64,000 nucleotides of DNA from Bacteroidales bacterium (lineage in GTDB: Bacteria > Bacteroidota > Bacteroidia > Bacteroidales > UBA1715): assembly GCA_017516865.1 (NCBI GenBank), contig JAFXAU010000017.1, positions 748 through 64,747 of the forward strand, in the 5' to 3' direction. This document shows positions 36,176 to 46,097 of this stretch, piece by piece. How positions within the stretch are numbered: the stretch's first letter is position 1; each line of letters begins with the position of its first letter. The notes under the pieces are model-generated. The model saw only the letters and a program-made list of their open reading frames with translations. It was not told the DNA's origin and did no database searches. Both the position numbers and the translations under genes were made by a program.

Positions 36176-36185
36176 ATTGCGTCTC
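36161..36185. repeat. GTAGAGAC-family hairpin element (truncated copy overlapping the trpF stop)
   Basis: GTAGAGACGCAAT-GA-ATTGCGTCTC, stem of 10 bp (GAGACGCAAT/ATTGCGTCTC). Confidence 0.7.
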
Positions 36186-36212
36186 ATTGAATAAAAATGA
36201 ACGATTATTAAT

Positions 36213-36240
36213 GTAGAGAAGTGCCATGGTGCGTCTCTAC
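36213..36240. repeat. GTAGAGAC-family palindromic hairpin element
   Basis: GTAGAGAAGTGCCA|TGGTGCGTCTCTAC, 14-nt arms with one mismatch and two G-U pairs. It lies 18 nt before the trpA ATG. Confidence 0.8.
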
Positions 36241-36257
36241 GATAAAAACAAAAGAAT

Positions 36258-37034
36258 ATGAACAGAATTAATCAATTATTTAAGACAAAGACCAACAATA
36301 TTTTGAGTCTTTATTTTTGTGCAGGGGCACCAACGTTGGACGGCACAGTTTCGGTGCTTCAGGCAATGGAACAGAACGGAATCAATATGGTGGAAATTGG
36401 CATCCCGTTCAGCGACCCTATGGCCGACGGTCCGGTTATTCAGACGGCGGCAACCAAGGCGTTGCGAAATGGAATGTCGCTGAACCTGTTGTTTTCGCAG
36501 TTGAGAGATGTGCGTAAATCGGTAAACATTCCGCTCATTCTGATGGGATATTTGAATCCTGTGATTCAATACGGCTTTGAAAACTTCTGCAAAAAATGCG
36601 TCGAAGTCGGTGTTGACGGAATGATTTTGCCCGATTTGCCTTTCAAAGACTATTTGGAAGACTATAAACCTATTGCCGACAAATACGATTTGCGAATCAT
36701 CATGCTCATCACTCCCGAAACGAGCGAGGAGCGTATTCGTTTCATAGACGAACACACCGACGGCTTTATTTATATGGTTTCGTCGGCAGCCACAACAGGG
36801 GCACAAAAAACGTTCGACGACCAGAAACAGGCCTATTTCAACCGAGTTCACGCAATGAATCTTCGCAATCCGTTGATGATTGGCTTTGGCATCTCGAACA
36901 AACAAACGCTGGAATCGGCACAGGCAAACGCCAACGGGGCTATCATCGGCTCCAAGTTCGTACAACTGCTCGACGATGCAAATGGCGATGCGGAAAAAGC
37001 AGTGAAGAATTTGTTTGAGTGCTTGGGGAAATGA
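36258..37034 (+). CDS. trpA: tryptophan synthase alpha chain
   Basis: Contains EIGIPFSDPMADGPVIQ and the GFGIS motif. Confidence 0.93.
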   Translation: MNRINQLFKTKTNNILSLYFCAGAPTLDGTVSVLQAMEQNGINMVEIGIPFSDPMADGPVIQTAATKALRNGMSLNLLFSQLRDVRKSVNIPLILMGYLNPVIQYGFENFCKKCVEVGVDGMILPDLPFKDYLEDYKPIADKYDLRIIMLITPETSEERIRFIDEHTDGFIYMVSSAATTGAQKTFDDQKQAYFNRVHAMNLRNPLMIGFGISNKQTLESAQANANGAIIGSKFVQLLDDANGDAEKAVKNLFECLGK

Positions 37035-37040
37035 GATTTT

Positions 37041-37075
37041 AATGCACAATTCACAATGCATAATGCACAATGGTG
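37041..37075 (+). repeat. heptanucleotide tandem array (AATKCAY x5)
   Basis: Reads AATGCAC AATTCAC AATGCAT AATGCAC AATGGTG. Followed at 37098-37116 by TGACGGGGCTTAGATGGGT, a box shared with 2195-2214. Confidence 0.8.
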
Positions 37076-37120
37076 AGATGCCTCATTCCGTTCGGCATGA
37101 CGGGGCTTAGATGGGTTAAA

Positions 37121-37163
37121 AAGAAAGGGAAAAATTGCGGAGCAATTTTTCCCTTTCTTTTTC
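37121..37163 (+). terminator. trp operon intrinsic terminator
   Basis: AGAAAGGGAAAAATTGC-gga-GCAATTTTTCCCTTTCT, a perfect 17-bp stem followed by a T-run. Confidence 0.85.
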
Positions 37164-37316
37164 TCTTTCTGCCCCAAATGCACGTCTTTTCGAGCAAAGC
37201 GAGAAATCTCTTCAATCCCACTAAAGAATTCAATTTTAATTCTCAATTATTATAAATAGTCTTTTGTGTGCAGAACGAAAAATATCGTATCTTTACCAAG
37301 ATTGAATTGACACGAT

Positions 37317-38543
37317 ATGAAATATGTAAAAATTGCGGTTGGAATGCTGTGCGTGATGGCAGTGGGACTATATGCGTATAGCGAGATTGCTGAAAATGAG
37401 ATTGCAAAGGTAGAATCTGCGGTGCAAAAAACAGAACAAACAACAATACCGTTGAAAGTCGGGGCGGAGCGGATGGAAGTATATTTGCCACTGTTGCAGG
37501 GGAAAAATGTGGGTGTTGTCGGTAATCAGACATCGGTTGTAAAGCAGACGCATCTTGTCGACACACTTATCAAACGAGGTGTTTCGGTAAAGAAAATCTT
37601 TACTCCCGAACATGGTTTTCGTGGTACTGCCGATGCAGGTGCGAGTGTGAACAACGGTGTTGACGAAGTGACAGGCCTGCCATTGATTTCGTTGTACGGA
37701 AAACATAAAAAGCCCACTCCCGACGATTTTCAGGGAATTGATGTGATTGTGTTCGATATTCAAGACGTAGGAGCTCGTTTCTACACTTATATTTCCACAA
37801 TGCACTACGTGATGGAAGCCTGTGCGGAAAACAACGTTCCCTGTATCGTTCTCGACCGTCCGAATCCGAACGGATTCTATGTCGATGGACCAGTGTTAAA
37901 ACTTGCTAATCAGTCATTTGTGGGAATGCACCCCGTCCCAATCGTACATGGAATGACAATTGGCGAATATGCCCAAATGATAAATGGTGAAAAATGGCTT
38001 GCCAACGACGTGAAATGTGATTTGAAAGTTATTCCATGCGAGGGTTACGACCATACGGTGAAGTATAAAATTCCTATTCCGCCGTCACCGAATTTGCCGA
38101 ATATGCAGGCAATTTATTTATATCCTACGCTATGTCTGTTCGAAGGTACGGTTATGAGTGTCGGCCGCGGTACGGATTTCCCTTTCCAAGTAGTCGGACA
38201 TCCGCAATATAAAGATTCAACTTTTTTCTTTAGGCCCGAAAGTAGGACGGGGGCGTCAAGTCCATTGTATGAAAATAAAAAATGCTACGGGAAAGATTTT
38301 CGCACGTATGATGTTTCGAAAATACACTCGCTCGACATTTCAATTTGGAAGGAAATGTATAAGAAATATGGCGGCAATGAATTGTTTTTCAACCGTTTTT
38401 TTATAAAACTTGCTGGTACTCCCGATTTGCAACGCTCAATAGAATTGGGGCTGTCCGAAGAAAAAATTAGAGAAAGTTGGAAACAAGATTTGGATTTATT
38501 TCGGCAAATTCGTCAAAAATATTTGCTTTATAAAGACTTCTAA
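37317..38543 (+). CDS. DUF1343 family protein (exo-beta-N-acetylmuramidase NamZ-like)
   Basis: Signal-like N-terminus. Contains GVVGNQTS...FTPEHGFRGTADAG...VFDIQDVGARFYTY, the DUF1343 hallmark. Confidence 0.8.
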   Translation: MKYVKIAVGMLCVMAVGLYAYSEIAENEIAKVESAVQKTEQTTIPLKVGAERMEVYLPLLQGKNVGVVGNQTSVVKQTHLVDTLIKRGVSVKKIFTPEHGFRGTADAGASVNNGVDEVTGLPLISLYGKHKKPTPDDFQGIDVIVFDIQDVGARFYTYISTMHYVMEACAENNVPCIVLDRPNPNGFYVDGPVLKLANQSFVGMHPVPIVHGMTIGEYAQMINGEKWLANDVKCDLKVIPCEGYDHTVKYKIPIPPSPNLPNMQAIYLYPTLCLFEGTVMSVGRGTDFPFQVVGHPQYKDSTFFFRPESRTGASSPLYENKKCYGKDFRTYDVSKIHSLDISIWKEMYKKYGGNELFFNRFFIKLAGTPDLQRSIELGLSEEKIRESWKQDLDLFRQIRQKYLLYKDF

Positions 38544-38587
38544 TTACACGGAATATCTATATTTGTAAATGTTTTTTACGTGGGGTT

Positions 38588-39877
38588 ATGATTGAGGATT
38601 TAAAGTGTAAGGAAAAGAAGATTGCCGTTGTGGGTTTGGGCTATGTCGGTTTACCTTTGGCATTGGAATTTTCAAGAAAATATTCGGTTATCGGTTTTGA
38701 CATCAATGAGGCTCGTGTTGAATTGATGAAAAAACATATTGATCCAAGTAACGAATTGCCGACGGAGGCATTTGACGGATGCGATATTCAATTTACTTCG
38801 AAAGAAGAAGATTTGAAACAGGCTCAATTTTTCGTTGTTTCCGTTCCGACGCCGATAGACAGTCATAACATTCCTGATTTAAAACCGCTTTTGTCTGCAA
38901 CGGAATCTGTCGGGAAAGCCTTGAAGAAAGGCGATTACGTTGTATATGAATCAACCGTATATCCTGGTGCGACCGAAGAAGATTGTCAGCCGATTTTGGA
39001 AAATCTTTCGGGATTGAAAATGGGAGTTGACTTTAAACTCGGTTATTCTCCGGAACGAATCAATCCGGGTGACAAGGTAAATACGCTCACCAACGTTTTG
39101 AAGATTGTTTCTGGCTGTGATGCCGAAGCATTGGACACAATAGCTCAAGTCTATGGTTCTATTTTGAAAAAAGGCGTATATCGTGCAAGTAGCATAAAAG
39201 TTGCCGAGGCAGCAAAAATCATTGAGAATACCCAACGTGACATCAATATTGCTTTGATGAACGAGTTGTCGATGTTGTTCAAGAAAATGGGCATCAGTAC
39301 GAACGAAGTCGTAGAGGCTGCATCGACAAAATGGAATTTTTATAAAGTTACGCCGGGGTTGGTCGGCGGACACTGCATTGGCGTAGACCCGTATTATCTT
39401 ACATATAAGGCAAGTTTGTTGAAGCATCATGCCGAATTGATAAGTGCTGGTAGAAAAATCAACGACGACATGCCGCATTATGTAGCAAATCAAATCATAA
39501 AAAACATCAACGCTGTAGGCAAGGTTCTAAAAGAATCCCGCGTGTTGGTAATGGGGGCGACGTTCAAGGAAAACGTGAGCGATATCCGTAATTCGAAAAT
39601 TTTCGACGTCGTTTCTGATTTGGTTTCATTTGGTATCGAAGTGACGGTGATTGACCCGTATGCTTCGGCAGAGGAAGTCCTTCGTCACTATAATCATCCT
39701 TTAAGCTCGGAACCGACAGGTACATACGATGTGATTGTGCTTGCGACAAAACACGACGATTATGTGAAGTGGACCGAGGCTGATTATAGAAAATGGGCTC
39801 GTGAGCCGTTTATTTTCTTTGACATAAAAGGAGTTTATAAGAATAATTTTAAAGATTGTAAATATTTTAGTTTGTAA
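38588..39877 (+). CDS. nucleotide-sugar dehydrogenase (UDP-glucose/GDP-mannose dehydrogenase family)
   Basis: Rossmann motif VVGLGYVGLP and catalytic-cysteine context GGHCIGVDPYY. Substrate not assignable. Confidence 0.85.
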   Translation: MIEDLKCKEKKIAVVGLGYVGLPLALEFSRKYSVIGFDINEARVELMKKHIDPSNELPTEAFDGCDIQFTSKEEDLKQAQFFVVSVPTPIDSHNIPDLKPLLSATESVGKALKKGDYVVYESTVYPGATEEDCQPILENLSGLKMGVDFKLGYSPERINPGDKVNTLTNVLKIVSGCDAEALDTIAQVYGSILKKGVYRASSIKVAEAAKIIENTQRDINIALMNELSMLFKKMGISTNEVVEAASTKWNFYKVTPGLVGGHCIGVDPYYLTYKASLLKHHAELISAGRKINDDMPHYVANQIIKNINAVGKVLKESRVLVMGATFKENVSDIRNSKIFDVVSDLVSFGIEVTVIDPYASAEEVLRHYNHPLSSEPTGTYDVIVLATKHDDYVKWTEADYRKWAREPFIFFDIKGVYKNNFKDCKYFSL

Positions 39878-39880
39878 TAT

Positions 39881-40249
39881 ATGGCAAAGCAACCGTCGTC
39901 AACACAGTTACTGAAAGCTATAGTGGAGGGAATGCAGGAGAAGAAAGCCAAGAATGTGGTTTCTCTTGATTTTAAAAAGATTGACAATGCCATTTGTCGT
40001 TTTTTCGTCATTTGCGAAGGTGAATCTTCAACGCAGGTTGATGCAATAGCAGATTCGGTACGTGATTTTGCCCGTAAAAAGACAGGTGCGTCGGTGTGGG
40101 GAAGTGCAGGATACGAAAATGCCGAGTGGATTTTTTTAGACTACGGCGACGTGATTGTGCATATTTTTCAGCCGCAAATCCGCCAGTATTACCAATTAGA
40201 AGAATTATGGGCTGATTGTCCTAAAAAAGTGTACCCTAACGTAGAATAA
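39881..40249 (+). CDS. rsfS: ribosome silencing factor RsfS
   Basis: 122 aa with the iojap-like pattern ...WIFLDYGDVIVHIFQP..R.YY.LE.LW. Confidence 0.9.
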   Translation: MAKQPSSTQLLKAIVEGMQEKKAKNVVSLDFKKIDNAICRFFVICEGESSTQVDAIADSVRDFARKKTGASVWGSAGYENAEWIFLDYGDVIVHIFQPQIRQYYQLEELWADCPKKVYPNVE

Positions 40250-40254
40250 AAAGT

Positions 40255-42195
40255 ATGGCAGCTGAAGAGAATAAGAACGCAACTAATCAGGAAAAGGATA
40301 AGAAAAAGAACGAATTCGGCGGTCCTGATTTTATGAATTTTAAGAATCCGAAGAAGAAAGATCCTGATGGTGGAAATTTTTGGATTTATATAGTGATTTT
40401 TGCCGCTTTGGCACTATTTTCATTTATTGATTTTGGAAAGGCTTCGGATAAAATCACGTCGACGGAATTCGAAACACGCCTTCGTAACGGCGAGATAGGG
40501 AAAGTCGTTGTCGTTAACAAAGAGTATGTTGAAATTTATCTGAATTCGAGCAATACGGGACATGGCTATAAGTCGCCCGATTACACGATGACGATTGGTT
40601 CGGTCGATAGTTTTGAAAAGAAACTCGAAAATTACAATGTCGATATAGAATATCAGACTCATCATAATTATGTCGGTGAAATCATTGGCTGGCTGTTGCC
40701 GATTGTGCTTATGGTTGTGATTTGGATGTATTTTATGAGAAAAATGGGCGGAGGCGGCTCGGGTAGCGGCGGAGGTCCGGGTGGAATATTCAATATAGGC
40801 AAGTCGCGCGCAAAACTGTTCGAACAGGGCGGAAAAGTGCAGACGACATTCAAAGATGTGGCAGGATTGGAAGAGGCTAAAGTTGAAATACGCGAAATTG
40901 TAGATTTCTTGAAAAATCCGAAAAAATATACAGAACTCGGAGGAAAAATTCCTAAAGGAGCTTTGCTCGTAGGTCCTCCGGGAACGGGTAAGACGTTGTT
41001 GGCGAAAGCTGTCGCAGGCGAAGCGGGTGTGCCGTTCTTCTCGTTGGCAGGTTCCGATTTCGTTGAAATGTTCGTCGGCGTGGGCGCGGCACGAGTACGA
41101 GATTTGTTTAGAGAAGCAAAGTCAAAGGCTCCGTGTATCATTTTTATTGACGAAATTGATGCCATAGGTCGTGCTCGTGGTAAAAATGGATTCAATACAA
41201 ACGACGAACGTGAAAGTACATTGAATCAATTACTTACCGAGATGGACGGATTTGGTACCGACTCGGGTGTAATTGTGCTTGCAGCGACAAACCGTGCCGA
41301 AATTCTCGACAAGGCATTGCTCCGTGCTGGTCGTTTCGACCGTCAAATTCATGTGGAATTGCCTGATTTGAACGAGCGTCAGGCTATTTTCGACGTTCAT
41401 TTGAAACCGTTGAAATTGTCGACGGAAATTCAATCTTCGTTTCTGGCAAAACAAACACCTGGTTTCTCAGGCGCCGACATAGCAAATGTTTGTAACGAAG
41501 CGGCTCTTATTGCGGCACGAAAGGATAAAAAGGTTGTCGAAAAGCAAGATTTCCTCGATGCTGTCGATAGAATTATCGGCGGTCTTGAAAAACGAAACAA
41601 GATAATGACGCAGGAGGAAAAGCGCACAATTGCCTTTCACGAAGCTGGTCATGCAACGTTGAGCTGGTTCTTGGAATACGCTCATCCGCTTGTTAAAGTC
41701 ACTATAGTTCCTCGTGGACAGGCTCTCGGGGCGGCGTGGTATCTGCCCGAAGAGCGTCAGATTGTGACGAAAGAGCAAATGCTCGACGAAATGTGTGCTA
41801 CGCTTGGCGGTCGTGTAGCCGAACAAATCACGTTCGGAAAAATTTCTACTGGTGCGTTGAACGATTTGGAAAAAGTGACGAAACAAGCCTACGCAATGGT
41901 GCAGTATTATGGAATGAGCGACAAAATTGGAAATTTGAGCTTCTATGATTCCACAGGTCAGTCGGAATATTCATTTGCAAAGCCGTATGGCGAGGAAATG
42001 GAAAAGTTGATTGACACCGAAGCACAGGAAATTATACGCAAATCATATCAGCGTGCTTACGATATTCTTACGCAAAATCAGGAAGGTTTTGTCCGTCTTG
42101 CCGAGTTGTTGCTCGACAAAGAAGTGATTTTTGGCGAAGATTTGGAAAAAGTTTTTGGAAAACGTCCGTTTGCGGATCAACAAAAAAGTAACTGA
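40255..42195 (+). CDS. ftsH: ATP-dependent zinc metalloprotease FtsH
   Basis: Walker A GPPGTGKT, Walker [12 protein letters not shown] region, and HEAGHA zinc motif. Confidence 0.96.
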   Translation: MAAEENKNATNQEKDKKKNEFGGPDFMNFKNPKKKDPDGGNFWIYIVIFAALALFSFIDFGKASDKITSTEFETRLRNGEIGKVVVVNKEYVEIYLNSSNTGHGYKSPDYTMTIGSVDSFEKKLENYNVDIEYQTHHNYVGEIIGWLLPIVLMVVIWMYFMRKMGGGGSGSGGGPGGIFNIGKSRAKLFEQGGKVQTTFKDVAGLEEAKVEIREIVDFLKNPKKYTELGGKIPKGALLVGPPGTGKTLLAKAVAGEAGVPFFSLAGSDFVEMFVGVGAARVRDLFREAKSKAPCIIFIDEIDAIGRARGKNGFNTNDERESTLNQLLTEMDGFGTDSGVIVLAATNRAEILDKALLRAGRFDRQIHVELPDLNERQAIFDVHLKPLKLSTEIQSSFLAKQTPGFSGADIANVCNEAALIAARKDKKVVEKQDFLDAVDRIIGGLEKRNKIMTQEEKRTIAFHEAGHATLSWFLEYAHPLVKVTIVPRGQALGAAWYLPEERQIVTKEQMLDEMCATLGGRVAEQITFGKISTGALNDLEKVTKQAYAMVQYYGMSDKIGNLSFYDSTGQSEYSFAKPYGEEMEKLIDTEAQEIIRKSYQRAYDILTQNQEGFVRLAELLLDKEVIFGEDLEKVFGKRPFADQQKSN

Positions 42196-42211
42196 CGAAA
42201 CAAGAAAGACA

Positions 42212-42844
42212 ATGAGTAATCCAGATTCAGAACAAAATAAAAAAGCAATCCTTGCCGATTTGGAGTCGGTAAAGATAACACCTCAATACGACTACGAAAA
42301 GTTGTCGTCAACTAAGGAATTTTTCGTGCAGCCCGAAGGCGATTTGTGCGAGGCGTATTGTGCAAAATTACAGTTAGTTGCAGGGAAGCCAGAAATCGTA
42401 GATTCTGTAGACTCCGCTTTTTCTCGTATAAAAGAAATCATCGGCGATGATGTATTGTTGTGTAATAATCCTGATTTGCTCAAAATCCTTGATGAAAAAG
42501 GTATGACGTACAACACCGACCCTGAATATGCTCGTGTGGCAAAGTTCTCGCTCACAACGTGCGAAGCATTGGTGGCACGGACAGGTAGCATTTTTGTGTC
42601 GTCTGCTCAAATAGAAGGCCGTCGGTTGATCTCGGCTGCTGAAACACATATTGTGCTGGCATATGCCGACCAAGTATATCCCGATTTTCCGCAGGCAATG
42701 GATGTGATTGAGGCAAAGTATGGAGACAAATTTCCATCGCAAGTCACGGCAATCACAGGCCCGAGTAGAACGTCGGATATAGAGAAAACGCTTGTGCTGG
42801 GTGCACATGGACCTAAAAATTTGTATGTACTGATAATAAAGTAA
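42212..42844 (+). CDS. LUD domain-containing protein (LutC/YkgG family)
   Basis: ORF 42131 trimmed to the ATG at 42212, because the extension overlaps ftsH. The family call is made by overall pattern only. Confidence 0.55.
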   Translation: MSNPDSEQNKKAILADLESVKITPQYDYEKLSSTKEFFVQPEGDLCEAYCAKLQLVAGKPEIVDSVDSAFSRIKEIIGDDVLLCNNPDLLKILDEKGMTYNTDPEYARVAKFSLTTCEALVARTGSIFVSSAQIEGRRLISAAETHIVLAYADQVYPDFPQAMDVIEAKYGDKFPSQVTAITGPSRTSDIEKTLVLGAHGPKNLYVLIIK

Positions 42845-42845
42845 T

Positions 42846-43673
42846 ATGAAAAATTTCATTCTTCGTGTCATAACAGGTGCCGCCTACGTTGCAGCGATTT
42901 TTGCTGCGTTGTTTACGACTATGCCTGTGTTTTTTGCCGTTTTTGGCATCATAATGTTATTCGCGTTGAATGAGTTTTATAAAAATCTGAAGGTCAAAGA
43001 TATAACCGTCGATTTAGTCTTGTCGAATGCTTTGGCTGTCGGTATTTATTTGCTACCAATAGTAAAATTTTATTCGATAGAATTTCCACTGTTGTCTATT
43101 GTGATTGTATTGGCGTTGGCACTTTTTGCCATTGAGTTGTTTCGCAACGACGAACAACCGTTTCAGAGAATTGCGTTTTCGTTGTGCGGAATAATATATG
43201 TGTGTGTACCGTTTTCGTTGTTGGCTCTTTATAAAGTTGAAAATAGCGTAGACTTCTTTTGCACTTTTGCGCCGTCATCTTATATGATTTTGCTTTTGTT
43301 TGCTTTCACGTGGATAAACGACACATTTGCATATCTAACGGGAATGCTACTGGGAAAACATCCGCTTTGTCCGAAAATTTCACCGAAAAAAACTATAGAA
43401 GGGTTTGCAGGAGGATGCTTTTTTACAATTGTCTGTGCGGCTGTAATTGCATACGTATACATGGAAGGTATGGAATTGCATATTGTTGGTCTGGCGGTAC
43501 TTATTGTCATTGCATCAACATTGGGTGACATGGTGGAATCGCGTTTCAAACGGTGGGTAGGCGTGAAAGATTCGGGGAAAATGTTGCCAGGTCACGGAGG
43601 TTTCCTCGACAGATTTGATAGTGTAATTTTTTCAATTCCCATATTTTTTGCATATTTGCAAATATTTGGTTAA
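42846..43673 (+). CDS. cdsA: phosphatidate cytidylyltransferase
   Basis: Polytopic membrane protein with the signature SxxKRxxxxKDxxxxxPGHGGxxDRxD (here SRFKRWVGVKDSGKMLPGHGGFLDRFDS). Confidence 0.92.
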   Translation: MKNFILRVITGAAYVAAIFAALFTTMPVFFAVFGIIMLFALNEFYKNLKVKDITVDLVLSNALAVGIYLLPIVKFYSIEFPLLSIVIVLALALFAIELFRNDEQPFQRIAFSLCGIIYVCVPFSLLALYKVENSVDFFCTFAPSSYMILLLFAFTWINDTFAYLTGMLLGKHPLCPKISPKKTIEGFAGGCFFTIVCAAVIAYVYMEGMELHIVGLAVLIVIASTLGDMVESRFKRWVGVKDSGKMLPGHGGFLDRFDSVIFSIPIFFAYLQIFG

Positions 43674-43684
43674 ACAAGTAGCGG

Positions 43685-44335
43685 ATGAAAATACATAAAG
43701 AAGGATATTCAACGATAATTTTAGTGTTCGGGGTGCTTTGCCTTTTGAACTTGTACCTTAATCAGATACACCTTCACCCTGCAATTTTATGGACGGTGTT
43801 TTTGGTCTCAGCATTATTTTTCTTCGTGATAGTATTTTTCTTTAGAATCCCCAAACGCGTGTTTACCGAAAATGCAGAAAGTCTGATTGCTCCTGCCGAT
43901 GGCGAGGTGGTTGTGATTGAGGACGTGTACGAACCCGATTATCTTAAGTGCGACTGCCGTCAGATTTCAATTTTTATGTCTCCGTTGAATGTTCACGTAA
44001 ATCGCTATCCTATAGCGGGAAAGGTAATAGAAAGCGACCATCACGACGGTGTGAAATTACCTGCATTCAATCCTAAATCTTCAACGAAAAACGAACGTAC
44101 ATCTATAATGATGGAAACAGCGTGCGGTAAAATACTTTGCCGTCAGATTGCCGGAGCAGTTGCACGCCGAATTGTAACGTATGCGGTTGCCGATACGGAG
44201 GTAAAACAAAATCAGGAACTTGGATTTATAAAATTCGGTTCACGGGTGGATATGTTTATACCGAAAGATTTGAAAATAGAAGTTTCGCTTAATCAAAAAG
44301 TCCGCGGAGGACAGACGGTTATTGCACGAAAATAA
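43685..44335 (+). CDS. psd: phosphatidylserine decarboxylase family protein
   Basis: 216 aa, the short Bacteroidetes type. Contains the FGSRVD self-cleavage region. Confidence 0.85.
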   Translation: MKIHKEGYSTIILVFGVLCLLNLYLNQIHLHPAILWTVFLVSALFFFVIVFFFRIPKRVFTENAESLIAPADGEVVVIEDVYEPDYLKCDCRQISIFMSPLNVHVNRYPIAGKVIESDHHDGVKLPAFNPKSSTKNERTSIMMETACGKILCRQIAGAVARRIVTYAVADTEVKQNQELGFIKFGSRVDMFIPKDLKIEVSLNQKVRGGQTVIARK

Positions 44336-45084
44336 TGAAAACGCGAGTTTCTATAATCAATTATAGTAACACAATACCTTTTACCTACGGTCTGTTGAAT
44401 AGTAAAAATCTGCACGATTTGGCTGATTTTTCGTATGGCTATCCTGCTCAGGTTGCCGACATGTTGTGCCAAAATCAGGTTGACATGTCTATTATTTCGG
44501 TTGGGGCAATACCGACAATCCCGAATGCACAAATTGTAACAAATTATTGTATCAGTGCCACGCAGAAGGTCGATTCCGTGCTAGTGTGTAGCAACAAGCC
44601 TCTTGATGAGGTTTCTACGATTACGTTGGATTATCAGTCGCGGACGACGAACATTCTGGTGCAGATTTTAGCCCGATATGCGTGGAACATTTCGCCTCGA
44701 TTTGTTATGGGAGCACAGGGTTACGAAACTGCCGATGACGGCTCTGCCAAGGTGATTATAGGCGACCGCGCGTTGAATAACGCTTCGAATTTTTTGTACG
44801 TATATGATTTGGCAAACGAGTGGTATAAAGCATTCCATCTGCCGTTTGTATTTGCCGCGTGGGTCGCAAATAAAAAGCTCTCCGATGTGTTTGTAAATGA
44901 ATTCGAGGCTGCGTGTAAGTTTGGCGTAGAAAATATAGAAGACGCAATTGCATTTATAAATAAATCGTTTTCATTCGATATTCGTGATTATCTGCACAAT
45001 AGCGTGGAATATGAGTTGTCTGATGAAAAACGAACGTCCATGGAGCTATATTTTGAGAAGGCTCGGGCGATGAAGATTCTATAA
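44335..45084 (+). CDS. mqnA: chorismate dehydratase MqnA (futalosine pathway)
   Basis: 249 aa. N-terminus VSIINYSNTIPFTYGL is typical of MqnA/DUF178. Confidence 0.7.
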   Translation: MKTRVSIINYSNTIPFTYGLLNSKNLHDLADFSYGYPAQVADMLCQNQVDMSIISVGAIPTIPNAQIVTNYCISATQKVDSVLVCSNKPLDEVSTITLDYQSRTTNILVQILARYAWNISPRFVMGAQGYETADDGSAKVIIGDRALNNASNFLYVYDLANEWYKAFHLPFVFAAWVANKKLSDVFVNEFEAACKFGVENIEDAIAFINKSFSFDIRDYLHNSVEYELSDEKRTSMELYFEKARAMKIL

Positions 45085-45100
45085 AGAATGCAACGTAATA

Positions 45101-45133
45101 AAAAAAGCCATAGCATTGTGCTATGGCTTTTTT
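45101..45133. terminator. bidirectional intrinsic terminator between convergent genes
   Basis: A6-GCCATAGCA-ttg-TGCTATGGC-T6. Confidence 0.85.
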
Positions 45134-45150
45134 ATGTAGTTGAAAATGTT

Positions 45151-45972
45151 TTACTTATCCGAGCCGAGAATAAGCGGAAGACCGTTGCTGCCGGCACTAC
45201 CGACGATAACAGTCTTGGAATTTTGCGATTTACTTAATTCCAAAGTTGCTTCAATACCTCTCATCTTTAACAGGTTTGGTGTCAAACTGTTGTTGATGAT
45301 GTTGTTCGCACGAGCCTCACCTTCTGCTGCAATACGTTTACGTTCAGCTTCTGATTTTTCTTTGTCCAAACGGAACTGATAAGCAAGAGCTTCTTGTTCT
45401 TGTTTCAATTTGTTTTCGATAGCCTGACGGATATCTTGTGGCAAATTGATTGAACGGATAAGCAAGGCTTTCATTTCTATGTGGTTGTCGCGAAGTTTTT
45501 TGCCTGCTTCGTCAATAATTGTCTGTTCAACTTCGGAACGTTTGGTCGAATAAATTTCTTCGGCGGAGTAACGTCCGGCAACCTGACGGACAGAAGAACG
45601 AACTTCAGGAATGACCAGCACATTGGCGTAATCGGTACGGAACGCTTCATACAAATAACCTACGCTATTGTAAATTGGGAAGAAACGAACCGTTATTTCA
45701 ATATTGATGGAAAGTCCGTTTTTGTCAAGTACGTCCATCGTTTCCTCAATTTTCTGCTCCGCAACATTGAATACGTACATGTCGTTCCACGGTGCAATGA
45801 TGTGGAAACCTGGTTCGTAGACATTCTCTTTGTCCAAACCTGTTGTAAACTGGCGGAAAATGACACCGCGTTCTGTCGCTTCGAGTTTAATGAACATGCT
45901 GTTGCCAAACAGAACTAAGAAGAATACGGCTACGATGCCGAAGATTATTAGTTTTTGATATTTACCTTTCAT
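45151..45972 (-). CDS. SPFH/band-7 (prohibitin-like) domain protein
   Basis: N-terminal TM helix, SPFH core, and a coiled-coil C-terminus (EQEALAYQFRLDKEKSEAERKRIAAEGEA). Confidence 0.85.
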   Translation of the reverse strand: MKGKYQKLIIFGIVAVFFLVLFGNSMFIKLEATERGVIFRQFTTGLDKENVYEPGFHIIAPWNDMYVFNVAEQKIEETMDVLDKNGLSINIEITVRFFPIYNSVGYLYEAFRTDYANVLVIPEVRSSVRQVAGRYSAEEIYSTKRSEVEQTIIDEAGKKLRDNHIEMKALLIRSINLPQDIRQAIENKLKQEQEALAYQFRLDKEKSEAERKRIAAEGEARANNIINNSLTPNLLKMRGIEATLELSKSQNSKTVIVGSAGSNGLPLILGSDK

Positions 45973-46071
45973 TATTGTATTGTTTTAAACTTGTACAAAG
46001 ATAGCAATTTTATTAGACATACAAATTCTGAATAAAATTGTTTTTTTTATTGGATTTCGTGATTAAGTATC

Positions 46072-46079
46072 TACATTTG
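46072..46079 (+). promoter_or_regulatory. Bacteroidetes -7 promoter box (TACATTTG)
   Basis: Exact TAnnTTTG match 18 nt upstream of the ATG at 46098. Confidence 0.5.
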
Positions 46080-46097
46080 TAGAAAAGATTTTTTGAG

